In this document: in pieces, positions 40,899 through 50,248 of the stretch | Numbering within the stretch: position 1 is the first letter of the stretch | Layout of the letters: the number at the start of each line of letters is the position of its first letter | Source of the DNA: a virus | Direction: 5' to 3' (one strand) | Virus record (IMG/VR): IMGVR_UViG_3300044799_000154 | Location: 57,518-121,517 of that record | Length of the DNA stretch: 64,000 nucleotides | Notes under the pieces: generated by a model | Told to the model about the DNA's origin: nothing | The model's input: the letters and a program-made list of their open reading frames with translations, nothing else | Databases searched by the model: none | Translations under genes and position numbers: made by a program

Positions 40899-41306
40899 TT
40901 ATGTGACTACTCCGACCCAGATGCTTGTAGCCCTGAAGTCGTAAGACTCTTTCAATACACCATCTGTGGGTATATCCAAAGAACCTTTCTCGAACATGCA
41001 ATCATAGAGATACACCATTGGTGAATCAACTTCTGTTGAAGCTTTAAAGACTATCTTGAACTTTGGAGGCATTGCAGTTATATCAGCTAAACCCAATAGA
41101 TTTAGGTAATAGATATTTACCCAAGCATGAGTTATGCTTCCAGTAATCTCAAAGTTTCCTGGAACTACTGCATAAGCATCTCTTTTACCAATACAATAGT
41201 ATGCATCCAAACTTGCAGATATATCAACAGACGCTGATTCAGCACAAGCTATCTCTATGTCATCAATGTAGAGTCTTGCATTCCAACCTTTGTATACTGT
41301 TCCCAT
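40899..41306 (-). CDS. Major tail tube protein
   Basis: 135 aa beta-rich protein after the terminator-like gene, with its own promoter-like motif and GGAG RBS. Confidence 0.75.
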   Translation of the reverse strand: MGTVYKGWNARLYIDDIEIACAESASVDISASLDAYYCIGKRDAYAVVPGNFEITGSITHAWVNIYYLNLLGLADITAMPPKFKIVFKASTEVDSPMVYLYDCMFEKGSLDIPTDGVLKESYDFRATSIWVGVVT

Positions 41307-41342
41307 GTTTTTCTCTCCTAATATATTCTTACTCTTTTATTC

Positions 41343-41356
41343 CTTTTAAACTTTTC
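41343..41356 (-). promoter_or_regulatory. Archaeal BRE-TATA-like promoter for the tail tube gene
   Basis: GAAAAGTTTAAAAG about 37 nt upstream of ATG 41306. Confidence 0.6.
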
Positions 41357-41511
41357 TACCGTCCATGTCTTCGCCATCTTCGAATCATTATTAAATCAAC
41401 ATAGCAGTCCTTACAAACTACTATGAACTTAGGATCCTTCTCAGATTTAGGCTCAAGATACCATGTTTTCTCGGCTTCATTCTGTCCACAAATTTCACAT
41501 TTCATTTCCAT
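41356..41511 (-). CDS. Small zinc-finger protein (51 aa, not in ORF track)
   Basis: MEMKCEICGQNEA...VCKDCY. Confidence 0.6.
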   Translation of the reverse strand: MEMKCEICGQNEAEKTWYLEPKSEKDPKFIVVCKDCYVDLIMIRRWRRHGR

Positions 41512-41527
41512 CCCTCTTTATTTACTA

Positions 41528-42022
41528 TTATGGAGAATCAGTTTTAGTTCTATAGTAATACACTCTTATGGTTACTGTTCTTCTAAAGATCTCATAAGCA
41601 TCCATGTATGGAATAGTTAAAGTAGAAACTATTTCAAGATCATAGATTTGATTACTTATTCTCAGTGATTTCTTTCCATTCATAAGAGTTTGAATAACAT
41701 CATCTCCCATTCGATCTCGTAAAGCAGTACCTGCATGTTTAGGAGCAGGAGCAGGATCTACCTGTATTGCATTTCCTTTTTGAACCCAGATATCTATATC
41801 ATAACTTGTATATTGATATTCCCCTTTGTTAGTTGGTCCCAACTCCCCAATTCCAGCAGAAGCAGTTGAATGACCTGATTGGCTAACAGAAATTCTAGGA
41901 AATGTAGCATCTGGTCTAGGATAATCCATATATATTGATTTAGACCAATCTAACCCAGTATAAGCAGGAAGATTGAGTCTAAGCAGATCAACGATAACTC
42001 TATTTAATGCTTCTATTTTCAT
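41528..42022 (-). CDS. Tail terminator/completion protein
   Basis: FPRISVS, YDIDIW, RRTVTIRVYY; position before the tail tube gene. Confidence 0.65.
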   Translation of the reverse strand: MKIEALNRVIVDLLRLNLPAYTGLDWSKSIYMDYPRPDATFPRISVSQSGHSTASAGIGELGPTNKGEYQYTSYDIDIWVQKGNAIQVDPAPAPKHAGTALRDRMGDDVIQTLMNGKKSLRISNQIYDLEIVSTLTIPYMDAYEIFRRTVTIRVYYYRTKTDSP

Positions 42023-42642
42023 TATCCCATCACCTTAAATTTGATTTTTCTTGTTTTCTTAGCAATCTCATCGCCATTCATTCTTGATCTAAAGATAGTA
42101 AAGAAGTTAGATTGAGTATTTTCAAAAGCTCTGATATGGAATTTATTGAAAGTTACTTGTTTGGGAGCTCTAGCGAAAGTAATATATATCCAAGCAACTG
42201 AAGGATCTTCAGGTATTCCTTTTGGAGGAGGAACTTCTACTTCTGGATTTCTAAGTTCTGATCTTAGAACTGGAAATTGCATTGGCTTCATTCTTGCTTT
42301 AGGTGCAACCCAACCTCTATGAAGAACTTGAGTGATAATCCAAGCTCTATCTTGGTCTGTTGTTTGTCCCATTCCAGTTGCTCCTGGGATTCCACAAGTC
42401 AAATATGTTCTTCCACTCTTTGTTTGAGCAGTTACTTGACCAATGTATTGTTTTAACAATCCTTTTGGATGATATTGTTCTCTTGGATCTGGACCTTGAT
42501 ATATTGGAGCTGCAAACTTAGTAGCAGGAATAACATTCTGTCTTTGCCATTGTGAGAAAGATTCAATCACTCTTTCTTCCAAGATCTTAGCTAAATCTTT
42601 TGAATCCCAGATGTATCCTTTGACTCCAGATTTTGATGACAT
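42022..42642 (-). CDS. Neck protein (HK97 gp10-like position)
   Basis: AP...GLLKQ pattern; synteny. Confidence 0.5.
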   Translation of the reverse strand: MSSKSGVKGYIWDSKDLAKILEERVIESFSQWQRQNVIPATKFAAPIYQGPDPREQYHPKGLLKQYIGQVTAQTKSGRTYLTCGIPGATGMGQTTDQDRAWIITQVLHRGWVAPKARMKPMQFPVLRSELRNPEVEVPPPKGIPEDPSVAWIYITFARAPKQVTFNKFHIRAFENTQSNFFTIFRSRMNGDEIAKKTRKIKFKVMG

Positions 42643-42644
42643 TA

Positions 42645-43466
42645 TTATTCACCTACTACTTTCTTTAGATAACATTCTTTCAGAAGAATACTATCTTTAG
42701 TATAATAATCAATAACAAGTTCAACATGATATCTTTTGTTTTGATGGTCTATGACTTCATCATCTACAGCTATCTTTATTCCAAAGATCATCTTTACTTC
42801 TTTAAGTTCTGGAGTTGATACACCATCATCACTATGTAAGAATGCTTTCCATTTAAAACATCCTGAAGTTAAAGGAAGAGTACTCAAATGAGCTATTATA
42901 TCAGCAGTTGTATTAGACTGAGAATAAGTTCCATCTGAAAGAGCCCATATTGCTCCATCCCACCAATACCAAGTTAAACCATTATTCCCTGAGAGAATAA
43001 ATTTAATTTGAGTATGTGTAGGAATTGTAGATTTAATTGTGAAAGAGAATGCAGGAACACTAAAAGTACAACACCATGAAGGCATAATAGTAGGATTTGT
43101 TATAGGATAAAGCATACATGGATCTGTTCCTGGTTTGAGTTTAGCTAAAGAATTTACTACTACGATCTTAGTGATATCATAAGAATAAAGTATTGGATCT
43201 TCAAAAGTTGCTACGCAAGTTGACATAGCTATTAGTTCTTTGAACCAACCTCTTGCATCTCCTACATTTAGTATTCCTGGTTGAAGCCAAACTAGATCCT
43301 CTGAAGTAACTGGTTGTATCTCACAATTAAGAACAGGATACTCAGTGAAAGATTCAATGCCTTGTTCATATTGATCATTAATCATAGCAACAGTTTTCTT
43401 TCGTAGAGTACTATGCTGTCTAAGATATGCTTTCTTCAATTGCCAATTTGGAGGATATTTTAACAT
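42645..43466 (-). CDS. Head-closure/stopper-like protein with an inserted domain
   Basis: N- and C-terminal stopper-like strands interrupted by a Trp-rich insert; synteny. Confidence 0.5.
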   Translation of the reverse strand: MLKYPPNWQLKKAYLRQHSTLRKKTVAMINDQYEQGIESFTEYPVLNCEIQPVTSEDLVWLQPGILNVGDARGWFKELIAMSTCVATFEDPILYSYDITKIVVVNSLAKLKPGTDPCMLYPITNPTIMPSWCCTFSVPAFSFTIKSTIPTHTQIKFILSGNNGLTWYWWDGAIWALSDGTYSQSNTTADIIAHLSTLPLTSGCFKWKAFLHSDDGVSTPELKEVKMIFGIKIAVDDEVIDHQNKRYHVELVIDYYTKDSILLKECYLKKVVGE

Positions 43467-43477
43467 GTAGATCCACC

Positions 43478-44197
43478 TTAATCAGGACATTTAGGACAAC
43501 TGTCATCTCTTGCACAAGATTGATCTTCTTCAGAGAACTGTTCAGCTTCACCAACTTCTTCTTTCAGTGTTAATCCTCTAGGAGCTTTTACCATCTTTTC
43601 ATAGGAAACTTTATCCATAGCTTTCTCAAGTAACAAGTGCATTATTCTTTCAAAGTTCTGATTACAGACATTCCAATACTCATAACCCTTTGAAGTAACT
43701 CTCCCTATTCTTACTGTTTGAGGTACAAGCATTAGTTCTCTTTCTACCCACATCTTAGCAGCATAATATGCAGCAGCTAAGTTCATCATGTCCCAATCCA
43801 CTTGGTTCATATAATAGGAATAATCTACTGTGATTGAATATCCTGTAGGAATTGCAGCAACTAGAACTATTCTTCCACCAATAGGATTTAAAGATAATAC
43901 ATCTACTTGAGTCTTGGTAGATTCATCACCTAGAGTTCCCCATTTAAAGACAGCAATGTCATCTTTGTTTATAATAGTATCTCCATTAACATCAGCTATA
44001 TAATCTTGAAGACAGTACCATTCAGTTCCATTAGTCGTATAACCTTGCTCTGGTTCTTCATTAATAACCCTAACAGTTAATCTACGGATAATTACTTTGG
44101 TAGCATCATTAATGAAAGGATTCAAGATCTCATCTGTTGCATCTTCATCTGATACTCCTAAGATACTTCTTATTTTAGCAGGAGTTGTGTATGCCAT
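43478..44197 (-). CDS. Head-tail adaptor protein
   Basis: MAYTTPAKIR...FINDAT start, AAAYYAA; directly after the capsid gene. Confidence 0.7.
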   Translation of the reverse strand: MAYTTPAKIRSILGVSDEDATDEILNPFINDATKVIIRRLTVRVINEEPEQGYTTNGTEWYCLQDYIADVNGDTIINKDDIAVFKWGTLGDESTKTQVDVLSLNPIGGRIVLVAAIPTGYSITVDYSYYMNQVDWDMMNLAAAYYAAKMWVERELMLVPQTVRIGRVTSKGYEYWNVCNQNFERIMHLLLEKAMDKVSYEKMVKAPRGLTLKEEVGEAEQFSEEDQSCARDDSCPKCPD

Positions 44198-44234
44198 ATC
44201 TGACCCTCTATTAAAAATAAGGATCTCTAACTTA

Positions 44235-44247
44235 ATAAGCTTATCGG
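44235..44247 (-). promoter_or_regulatory. Promoter/operator motif CCGATAAGCTTAT (also at 60249..60261)
   Basis: Identical 13-mer containing the palindrome ATAAGCTTAT, upstream of two minus-strand gene blocks. Confidence 0.5.
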
Positions 44248-44274
44248 CTGGAATAAACAGAGCCTATCGAGAGC

Positions 44275-44357
44275 AAAAACAAATAAAAAGAATAAATAAA
44301 TAAACAGGGAAAATATCAGAAAAAAGAAATACCTGACTCGCTACAAGAGCTGAGTCA
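44275..44357 (-). terminator. Hairpin plus long T-rich tract after the capsid gene
   Basis: TGACTCGCT/AGCTGAGTCA stem (44334-44357, one bulge) followed on the minus strand by about 55 nt of T-rich sequence. Confidence 0.6.
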
Positions 44358-44394
44358 AGTTGTATTGGATTCCAATGAACTTAGCTAGAAATTC

Positions 44395-45477
44395 CTACAG
44401 AGCTTTGTTAGCATCGAATTGGCAGTCATAGACGATGGCAATGCAATCAGCATTCACAACTTTCGGAGCAAACTCAAAGTAGAAGTAAAGTTCTACTGCG
44501 TCTGATCTTGGGTTGTCCCATCTCTTGAGATCTACATTCCTCTTGATTACGAGGTATGCAGCTCTTGTACTGTCAACACAGAATACTACACCAGCAGGAA
44601 TGTTTGTAGTTGCCAACAGCTTCATTGCACCAACCTTGCCAACTTCACCAGTCAACAGAGGTTCAGCAGATCCATACTGACTTGCGTCAATGAATCTAGC
44701 ATCCTTGATCAAATCAGCCATCTCTTCAGGGTTCAATACCATGAAGTTAGGTGACCATTTGTGACTTCGGATGAAAGTGCCCATAGCTGTAATGTCTTCA
44801 TACTTTAGAATCTTATCAGTTGTAGAATCAATTGCTCCTCTTGCAGTTCCAGCTACAGTATACCAGTACTTGAAGTGAAGATTATCTCCACCCAGGTTCT
44901 CGGCAATCTGTACTTTTCCAGCAAGGTAATCAACACCTTCTACTGTGACATTTGCAGCAGCATCATTCTTTGCTGTCAGCCATGTCAAAACTAATGGATG
45001 TGCTAAAGTATAAACATTGTGTGCAGCAGCACCCGCAATCACTTGAGTTACTTCAACTTTACCCAAGAATTCCCAGACTATTTCCTGGTCTTCTAGGTCA
45101 GCCAAAGCTTCACCCGCTTCTCGGATGTGGTCTCTTATCAGGTCAAACTCTGAAGCATCAAGTGCTTCTTGAGTCAACGCAGCATAAGACACAACCTTGA
45201 ATGGAGTGATTTCAATTGTGGTATATGCAGGTGATGTTCCATCGGCAAAAGCATTCAATTCAGTGCCTTCAGCCACACGAGCAGCAGACATGATTGTTCT
45301 CTTTGGAACATGGATAGATCGACCTTGCTTTCCAACAAGATCTGCATTTATCTTTACCAAAGCACGACCAAATCTACGAGCTCTTGCAGCCTCTTCTACC
45401 TCTGATATGATTATCTTTGGTAGGATTGCTGTAATGTCGCCTGTAGTCATCTTTGCTAGTTCTTCTAATGTTTTCAT
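44395..45477 (-). CDS. Major capsid protein (HK97 fold) with an inserted beta domain
   Basis: GRSIHVPK, VAEG, ITPFKV, FMVLNPE, GEVGKVGAMKL; GAGGAG RBS before ATG 45477. Confidence 0.9.
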   Translation of the reverse strand: MKTLEELAKMTTGDITAILPKIIISEVEEAARARRFGRALVKINADLVGKQGRSIHVPKRTIMSAARVAEGTELNAFADGTSPAYTTIEITPFKVVSYAALTQEALDASEFDLIRDHIREAGEALADLEDQEIVWEFLGKVEVTQVIAGAAAHNVYTLAHPLVLTWLTAKNDAAANVTVEGVDYLAGKVQIAENLGGDNLHFKYWYTVAGTARGAIDSTTDKILKYEDITAMGTFIRSHKWSPNFMVLNPEEMADLIKDARFIDASQYGSAEPLLTGEVGKVGAMKLLATTNIPAGVVFCVDSTRAAYLVIKRNVDLKRWDNPRSDAVELYFYFEFAPKVVNADCIAIVYDCQFDANKAL

Positions 45478-45527
45478 TTTTATTCTCCTCAATTTAATTT
45501 GAGTTCACTATAATAAAATAGGGTTAT

Positions 45528-45544
45528 TATTTATAAGGCTTTCC
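45528..45544 (-). promoter_or_regulatory. Archaeal BRE-TATA-like promoter for the capsid gene
   Basis: GGAAAGCCTTATAAATA about 50 nt upstream of the start. Confidence 0.6.
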
Positions 45545-45549
45545 ATGTT

Positions 45550-45912
45550 TCACTCAGAGTCAGATTGATAGCTTCCAGGTTCCATTCTGGGACCTTTCTT
45601 AATGAGGTCATGTTCAATAGCTATTTTAACAGCTTCTCCAACAGATATCTTGCCTTTAAGATCTTCTGGATTGCTATAGCCAACTCGACTCTTGGGTTTG
45701 GGTCTTTCCTCGGTAGTTGCAGTCAACTGCTCGGGATTCTTACCCATCCTCAATACATTTTCAGAGAGAGTTGCATATCTCTCTTTCCATGAATTGAGTT
45801 CAGATCTGATAGATCCGAGTTCTATTTCTAGGGCAATCTTTTGATCTGTGAGTTCATCTAATTTCTTTGATAGAGCAATTATTCTTTTATCTGACTCAGA
45901 TTGTTCTGTCAT
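45550..45912 (-). CDS. Coiled-coil scaffold-like protein
   Basis: Heptad-rich N-terminal half; lies between the protease and capsid genes. Confidence 0.55.
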   Translation of the reverse strand: MTEQSESDKRIIALSKKLDELTDQKIALEIELGSIRSELNSWKERYATLSENVLRMGKNPEQLTATTEERPKPKSRVGYSNPEDLKGKISVGEAVKIAIEHDLIKKGPRMEPGSYQSDSE

Positions 45913-48080
45913 TGTTTTGACCTCTTGCTATCCAACCATTTCTCTAAGATAACCCGCTTGGCTTCTGGATGTTCTTTCAGAGCTTGTAGCAGTTGTTCCT
46001 CGGTCATAGGAACCTCTTTTGGAGCTTCTATGATCTTAGGCTCTTCAACCTTTGGTGCTTCAGCCTTAGGAGCTTCAACCTTAGGTTCCTCTTTTGGTAG
46101 TTCTCTAATACTTGGAACTATCACTATTGGAATCTCAAATGGTTTTTGCTCTACCTTAGGTTCCTCTTTAGGAGCTTCAACCTTAGGTACTTCTACCTTT
46201 GGCTCTTCCTTTGGAGCTTCGACCTTTGGTGCTTCAACAACCTTAGGTGCCTCTTCTTTAGGAGCTTCAACTTTTGGAGCTTCTACTTTGGGCTCTTCTT
46301 TCTTCACCTCAGCAACCTTGGGTTCTTCTTTCTTTTCCGACATTATTTCCTTTCCCTCCTTCAAATTTATACCATCTTTAGGTGGCATACCATATTCAGG
46401 TGACTGATCAGGTTTGGGTTTGTATTGACCATATTTTTCAACATGAGTGTCCATCCAATGTTTGTTGAAGATCACTTCATCAGTAAACTTCTCTCCACAT
46501 ACTGGACAAACTATTTGATCAGCAGCCTTCTCTTCTTTACCACCAGTCTTGACAAATTTCTTAGCCTCTGCTTGAGTATCAAAGACTTTAACTATTTTCC
46601 ACAAGCCTTCTTCAGGAACTTCGAAAACAGTGTATTTCTCAGTACCCTTATTAAAAACAACCTTTAGTACACCTTTCTTCAGGTCATCAGATTGCTTCTC
46701 ATATTTCGGGTAATAAGGATAGTATGGGTAATAAGGATAATATTGTTCACCATAGTATGGATAATACCCATAACCTTGCTTTTCAGCAGGAGTGTACTTT
46801 CCATATTTCTCCATGTGATCCTTACTCCAATGCTTTATGAAGTCTTTGAAGTTTGAGAACTTAGCACCACATGCTTTACACACGATACTATCTTCCATCT
46901 CTTCAAAAGGATCCTCATCAGATTTCTTCTCGGGCTTGGGATAAGCTTTGTATTTCTTATACTTATATGGATAATATCCATATGGAGAATATGCATACTT
47001 GTATCCTTTGAGTTTCTTAGTGCTCTCAGGAAGTTTACACATTCTTCTAAGATCATCCAATTCAGCCTCTGATTGTAATGGAACCTCTTCAAGATATTCT
47101 CCTTCTTCAACTAGAGCTACAACAAATGGAATGTCAGACTGAGCTACTGGTTTCTTATATTTCTTGTATTTGTAAGGATAGTAACCAGGGTAATTACCAT
47201 AACCATAATGTGGGTAATAACCATAGCCATAATATGGATAACCATCTAGTTTAGGATAACCATAATAGTATCCATAGACTTTCTTATTCTTTCTAAGTTC
47301 TTCCAATTGCTCTTCAGAACTTAATTCCATGAGCTCTAGATCTTCATTGTCTTCTACCCAAGCAAGGATAATTGGTCCTTCCTCTTCAGAGATTTCTAGG
47401 TTAGGAGCAGAGTTTTCTTCTTTTTCCATTTTATTTTCGCCTACTATACTTTCTTTCTTTTCTACTTTTAAATCTTTCTCCATTCTTGATAATTTCTCGC
47501 AATGGAATATAAAACAGCGATCACAGGCAGGATTTGATACTAATGAGAGTTCAGCAAACTTGAAATCAAGACCCATTTTGATTCCCTCTTGACCAATTGG
47601 AATCTTATCCATCCAAGTAGACATAGATACAGCTTTGAACCTACCTGCATTAACATAATCAATAGCTTTTTGATCTGTTAATCTAGCCTTAAATTTCAAA
47701 GCTTTAAGAAGTTCATCCCATAGAGCTTCTATGACTTCTCCAACAGTTCGATCTCCAAATTCTTTATCTTGACCATGTTCGATCTTTAAAGGTTTACCAA
47801 TTAGTTGATCAGCAGCTTTCTTGATCTCTTCTGAAGAATAAACAACATTCTTCCAGATACCTTCAGCTAAAGCAACACCAGTAACTAAAAGACCTTTATC
47901 TTCAAGAACAGTAAAAAAATCAAAAGCTAGTTCTTCTTGGACAGATTCAGGCTTAACAGTGTTCTTAAGATTCTCTATCTCAAGTTTCCTAGCCTGGAGA
48001 TCTTGTTCTAATTGTTCAATCTCAGCTTCCAAGATTTCCTGGATGCCTGATTGATCTTCGATAGTTTCCATTTTCTTCAC
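45909..48080 (-). CDS. Prohead protease fused to Tyr/Gly/Pro repeats, two C2H2 fingers and an EAPK repeat tail
   Basis: GKPLKIEH, AVSMS, FAELSLVSNPAC protease motifs in about the first 195 aa. Confidence 0.85.
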   Translation of the reverse strand: MKKMETIEDQSGIQEILEAEIEQLEQDLQARKLEIENLKNTVKPESVQEELAFDFFTVLEDKGLLVTGVALAEGIWKNVVYSSEEIKKAADQLIGKPLKIEHGQDKEFGDRTVGEVIEALWDELLKALKFKARLTDQKAIDYVNAGRFKAVSMSTWMDKIPIGQEGIKMGLDFKFAELSLVSNPACDRCFIFHCEKLSRMEKDLKVEKKESIVGENKMEKEENSAPNLEISEEEGPIILAWVEDNEDLELMELSSEEQLEELRKNKKVYGYYYGYPKLDGYPYYGYGYYPHYGYGNYPGYYPYKYKKYKKPVAQSDIPFVVALVEEGEYLEEVPLQSEAELDDLRRMCKLPESTKKLKGYKYAYSPYGYYPYKYKKYKAYPKPEKKSDEDPFEEMEDSIVCKACGAKFSNFKDFIKHWSKDHMEKYGKYTPAEKQGYGYYPYYGEQYYPYYPYYPYYPKYEKQSDDLKKGVLKVVFNKGTEKYTVFEVPEEGLWKIVKVFDTQAEAKKFVKTGGKEEKAADQIVCPVCGEKFTDEVIFNKHWMDTHVEKYGQYKPKPDQSPEYGMPPKDGINLKEGKEIMSEKKEEPKVAEVKKEEPKVEAPKVEAPKEEAPKVVEAPKVEAPKEEPKVEVPKVEAPKEEPKVEQKPFEIPIVIVPSIRELPKEEPKVEAPKAEAPKVEEPKIIEAPKEVPMTEEQLLQALKEHPEAKRVILEKWLDSKRSKQ
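46015..46330 (-). repeat. Coding tandem repeats (EEPKV/EAPKV/EAPK)
   Basis: Degenerate 12-15 nt units such as TTAGGAGCTTCAACC on the plus strand. Confidence 0.85.
47465..47478 (-). promoter_or_regulatory. Internal BRE-TATA-like motif within the protease gene
   Basis: GAAAGATTTAAAAG, 36 nt upstream of the in-frame ATG 47429. Confidence 0.45.
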
Positions 48081-48094
48081 CTTAATTAAAACTA

Positions 48095-48340
48095 CTAAGA
48101 TCTAACAATACTGGTAACTTTCTTATCAGCATTATAGGCAAAAGTTAGAGTAAACAATAAAGTGCTATTCTCATAAGCTCTAAGAGTTTCAACTAATTTG
48201 TCAACATTGTAAGTAAATACTAGAGAAGTTATAGAAGTGTGTCCTTGAGGTATTTGCATTATGTCAGTAACAGCATTTCTAATAGCATCTTGTACTCCTA
48301 CTGTTCTTCCACCTACTTCAATAAATGGATCTGATGTCAT
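48095..48340 (-). CDS. Small hypothetical virion-associated protein
   Basis: GGTG RBS; TLTFAYNADKKVTSIVRS; promoter-like GAAATGTTTAAAAAG at 48372..48386. Confidence 0.6.
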   Translation of the reverse strand: MTSDPFIEVGGRTVGVQDAIRNAVTDIMQIPQGHTSITSLVFTYNVDKLVETLRAYENSTLLFTLTFAYNADKKVTSIVRS

Positions 48341-48386
48341 GTTTTACACCTACCTATTAATTGTCTTTCTCCTTTTTAAACATTTC

Positions 48387-50225
48387 TTAACTAAGTTGGA
48401 TTAGATTTCCATTTCCCAATCTCAAGTATAGATTTCCATCTTTTGTTATTATAAGATCTTTAGATAGATATACAAGAGGAACATCTCCAGAACTTTGGAA
48501 TCCAAGAAAATGAGTTCTATAGATCTCATCTGCTGAAGAAGCAGTTGCTTTGTATATTGCTCTTAAAGTTCCTCCAGGGGAAGCAACAGTTACAGTAGTA
48601 GGATTAGCAGTTGGATCTAAGACACTAATTCCATCAGTAACTACCCAATGATCGAACTCATAGCCTACGACTGCATTGTACAGAGCAGAATAGCTTCCTA
48701 TTGTTTTTCCAACATCATTTGGAAGAGTATATGTTATTCCATCAAATGTTATAGTTCCAAGATTAGAAGTAGAACTGTCATCTTGCAAAGATTCCAAATG
48801 AACAGGAGGATCTGCTGGCATGAACCAAAGATCTCCAAGAGCATGGTGAGGCATAGTAGTAAAAATACCATTCCTAAAGAGTACTTTTGGATATAAATCT
48901 GATCCCATTTCCTTTAAAGTATGTGTCATTCTATTTCCAAGATTATCATTGGTTAGATATTCTTCAACTGACCAAGTAGCTCCACCATCTGTAGATTTCT
49001 TCATCACTATATCTAGGTTAGCATGAGGTACATTTGTAGGATAAGCTACAAAAAGATTGTTTGCATCTTTGTATGCAAGAGAATATTCCCAAAGATATCC
49101 ATTTTGAGTTCCAGTAGCAATATAAACTTGAGCATTCCATGCTGTAGCTGTAATTGTCTTAGGATTAGTTGTTTTCCTAAATACAACATTGGCTCCATTT
49201 AAATCATAGATCATGCAGATTCTATCATCTGGTAGAACTCTCAATTGGCATTGACCAGAACCTGCTGAAGAAACTGCTTGCCAAGCTGCTCCTGTGGAGT
49301 TAGCATTTGCTGAACCACTTCCAGTACCACTAGTAATTGTCATAACTGAATTTGTTAGAATTGTAGAAATAGCGTCTATTACCCAAGTGCGAGTAGTGTT
49401 GTTGTAACTCAATAGAACACCAATTTCAGTACCATCATCTTTAACTTGTTTTCCAACATCTCCAGGAACACAGCCAACATACCCAGATGATTTCAATATT
49501 AATGTTTGTGGAGTATATCCCCAACTTGGTCCAGCACGATAACCTATCTTGATAGCATAATTTTGTCGTGGACCAAAAGCTGCAAAGGAAGAATCTCCAA
49601 CTCCTACATATAAATTATTGGCTGAATCTTTGTCAATACTTGGAGCCATCAACAAATTGAACATACCAATAGATGGAAGAGTTGTTTTAGTCCAAGTAGC
49701 ACCACCATTAATTGATCTAGCCCATATAGGAGGACCATTTGCTCCTTTCATATAAGTAATATGAATATAATTGTTAGAATCAACTACAATATCAGGAACA
49801 TCAATATAATTGGAATCAGAATCTACAGTTATTTCAGCTCCCAAGTTCCAAATCCAGAGTGTAGGATTAGTTTTGTCTACTGTTCCTTTTCTAAAGTATA
49901 TAACATCTAAACTGGGACTTGGAGGAGTCTCAACTCTTGAAAAGTAAAGATTTCCAGTCGCATCTGAGCATATTGTAGGAAAATCTATATCTCCTTGACC
50001 TGCTGGATACTCATACAAAATAACATTAGTCCAAGTACTTCCACCATCTCGACTATATGACCACATTACCCAAGATTTATCTGAACTTGGAAAGAAAGGA
50101 GGACCATAGCAACTAACAGCATGAATAGTGCCATCAGGTGTCCTACACATTTTCTTCTGAGTTACATAATTACAAATTGTACTAATTGTTCCGTCACCAT
50201 ATATTTTTACTTTAGGTAATACCAT
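48387..50225 (-). CDS. BNR/Asp-box beta-propeller protein with a C-terminal Ig-like domain
   Basis: SRDGGSTW, SINGGATW, STDGGATW; AAGGAG RBS before ATG 50225. Confidence 0.75.
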   Translation of the reverse strand: MVLPKVKIYGDGTISTICNYVTQKKMCRTPDGTIHAVSCYGPPFFPSSDKSWVMWSYSRDGGSTWTNVILYEYPAGQGDIDFPTICSDATGNLYFSRVETPPSPSLDVIYFRKGTVDKTNPTLWIWNLGAEITVDSDSNYIDVPDIVVDSNNYIHITYMKGANGPPIWARSINGGATWTKTTLPSIGMFNLLMAPSIDKDSANNLYVGVGDSSFAAFGPRQNYAIKIGYRAGPSWGYTPQTLILKSSGYVGCVPGDVGKQVKDDGTEIGVLLSYNNTTRTWVIDAISTILTNSVMTITSGTGSGSANANSTGAAWQAVSSAGSGQCQLRVLPDDRICMIYDLNGANVVFRKTTNPKTITATAWNAQVYIATGTQNGYLWEYSLAYKDANNLFVAYPTNVPHANLDIVMKKSTDGGATWSVEEYLTNDNLGNRMTHTLKEMGSDLYPKVLFRNGIFTTMPHHALGDLWFMPADPPVHLESLQDDSSTSNLGTITFDGITYTLPNDVGKTIGSYSALYNAVVGYEFDHWVVTDGISVLDPTANPTTVTVASPGGTLRAIYKATASSADEIYRTHFLGFQSSGDVPLVYLSKDLIITKDGNLYLRLGNGNLIQLS

Positions 50226-50248
50226 TTTAACAATCTCCTTTTCTTGTA

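Noticed and set aside
33420-41306. Contractile (myovirus) tail or contractile injection system
   Set aside because: No sheath, baseplate wedge or spike genes recognised; the layout fits a non-contractile tail
45901-46403. Plus-strand ORFs with GASTLG repeats
   Set aside because: Reverse-complement reading of the EAPKV repeat in the protease gene
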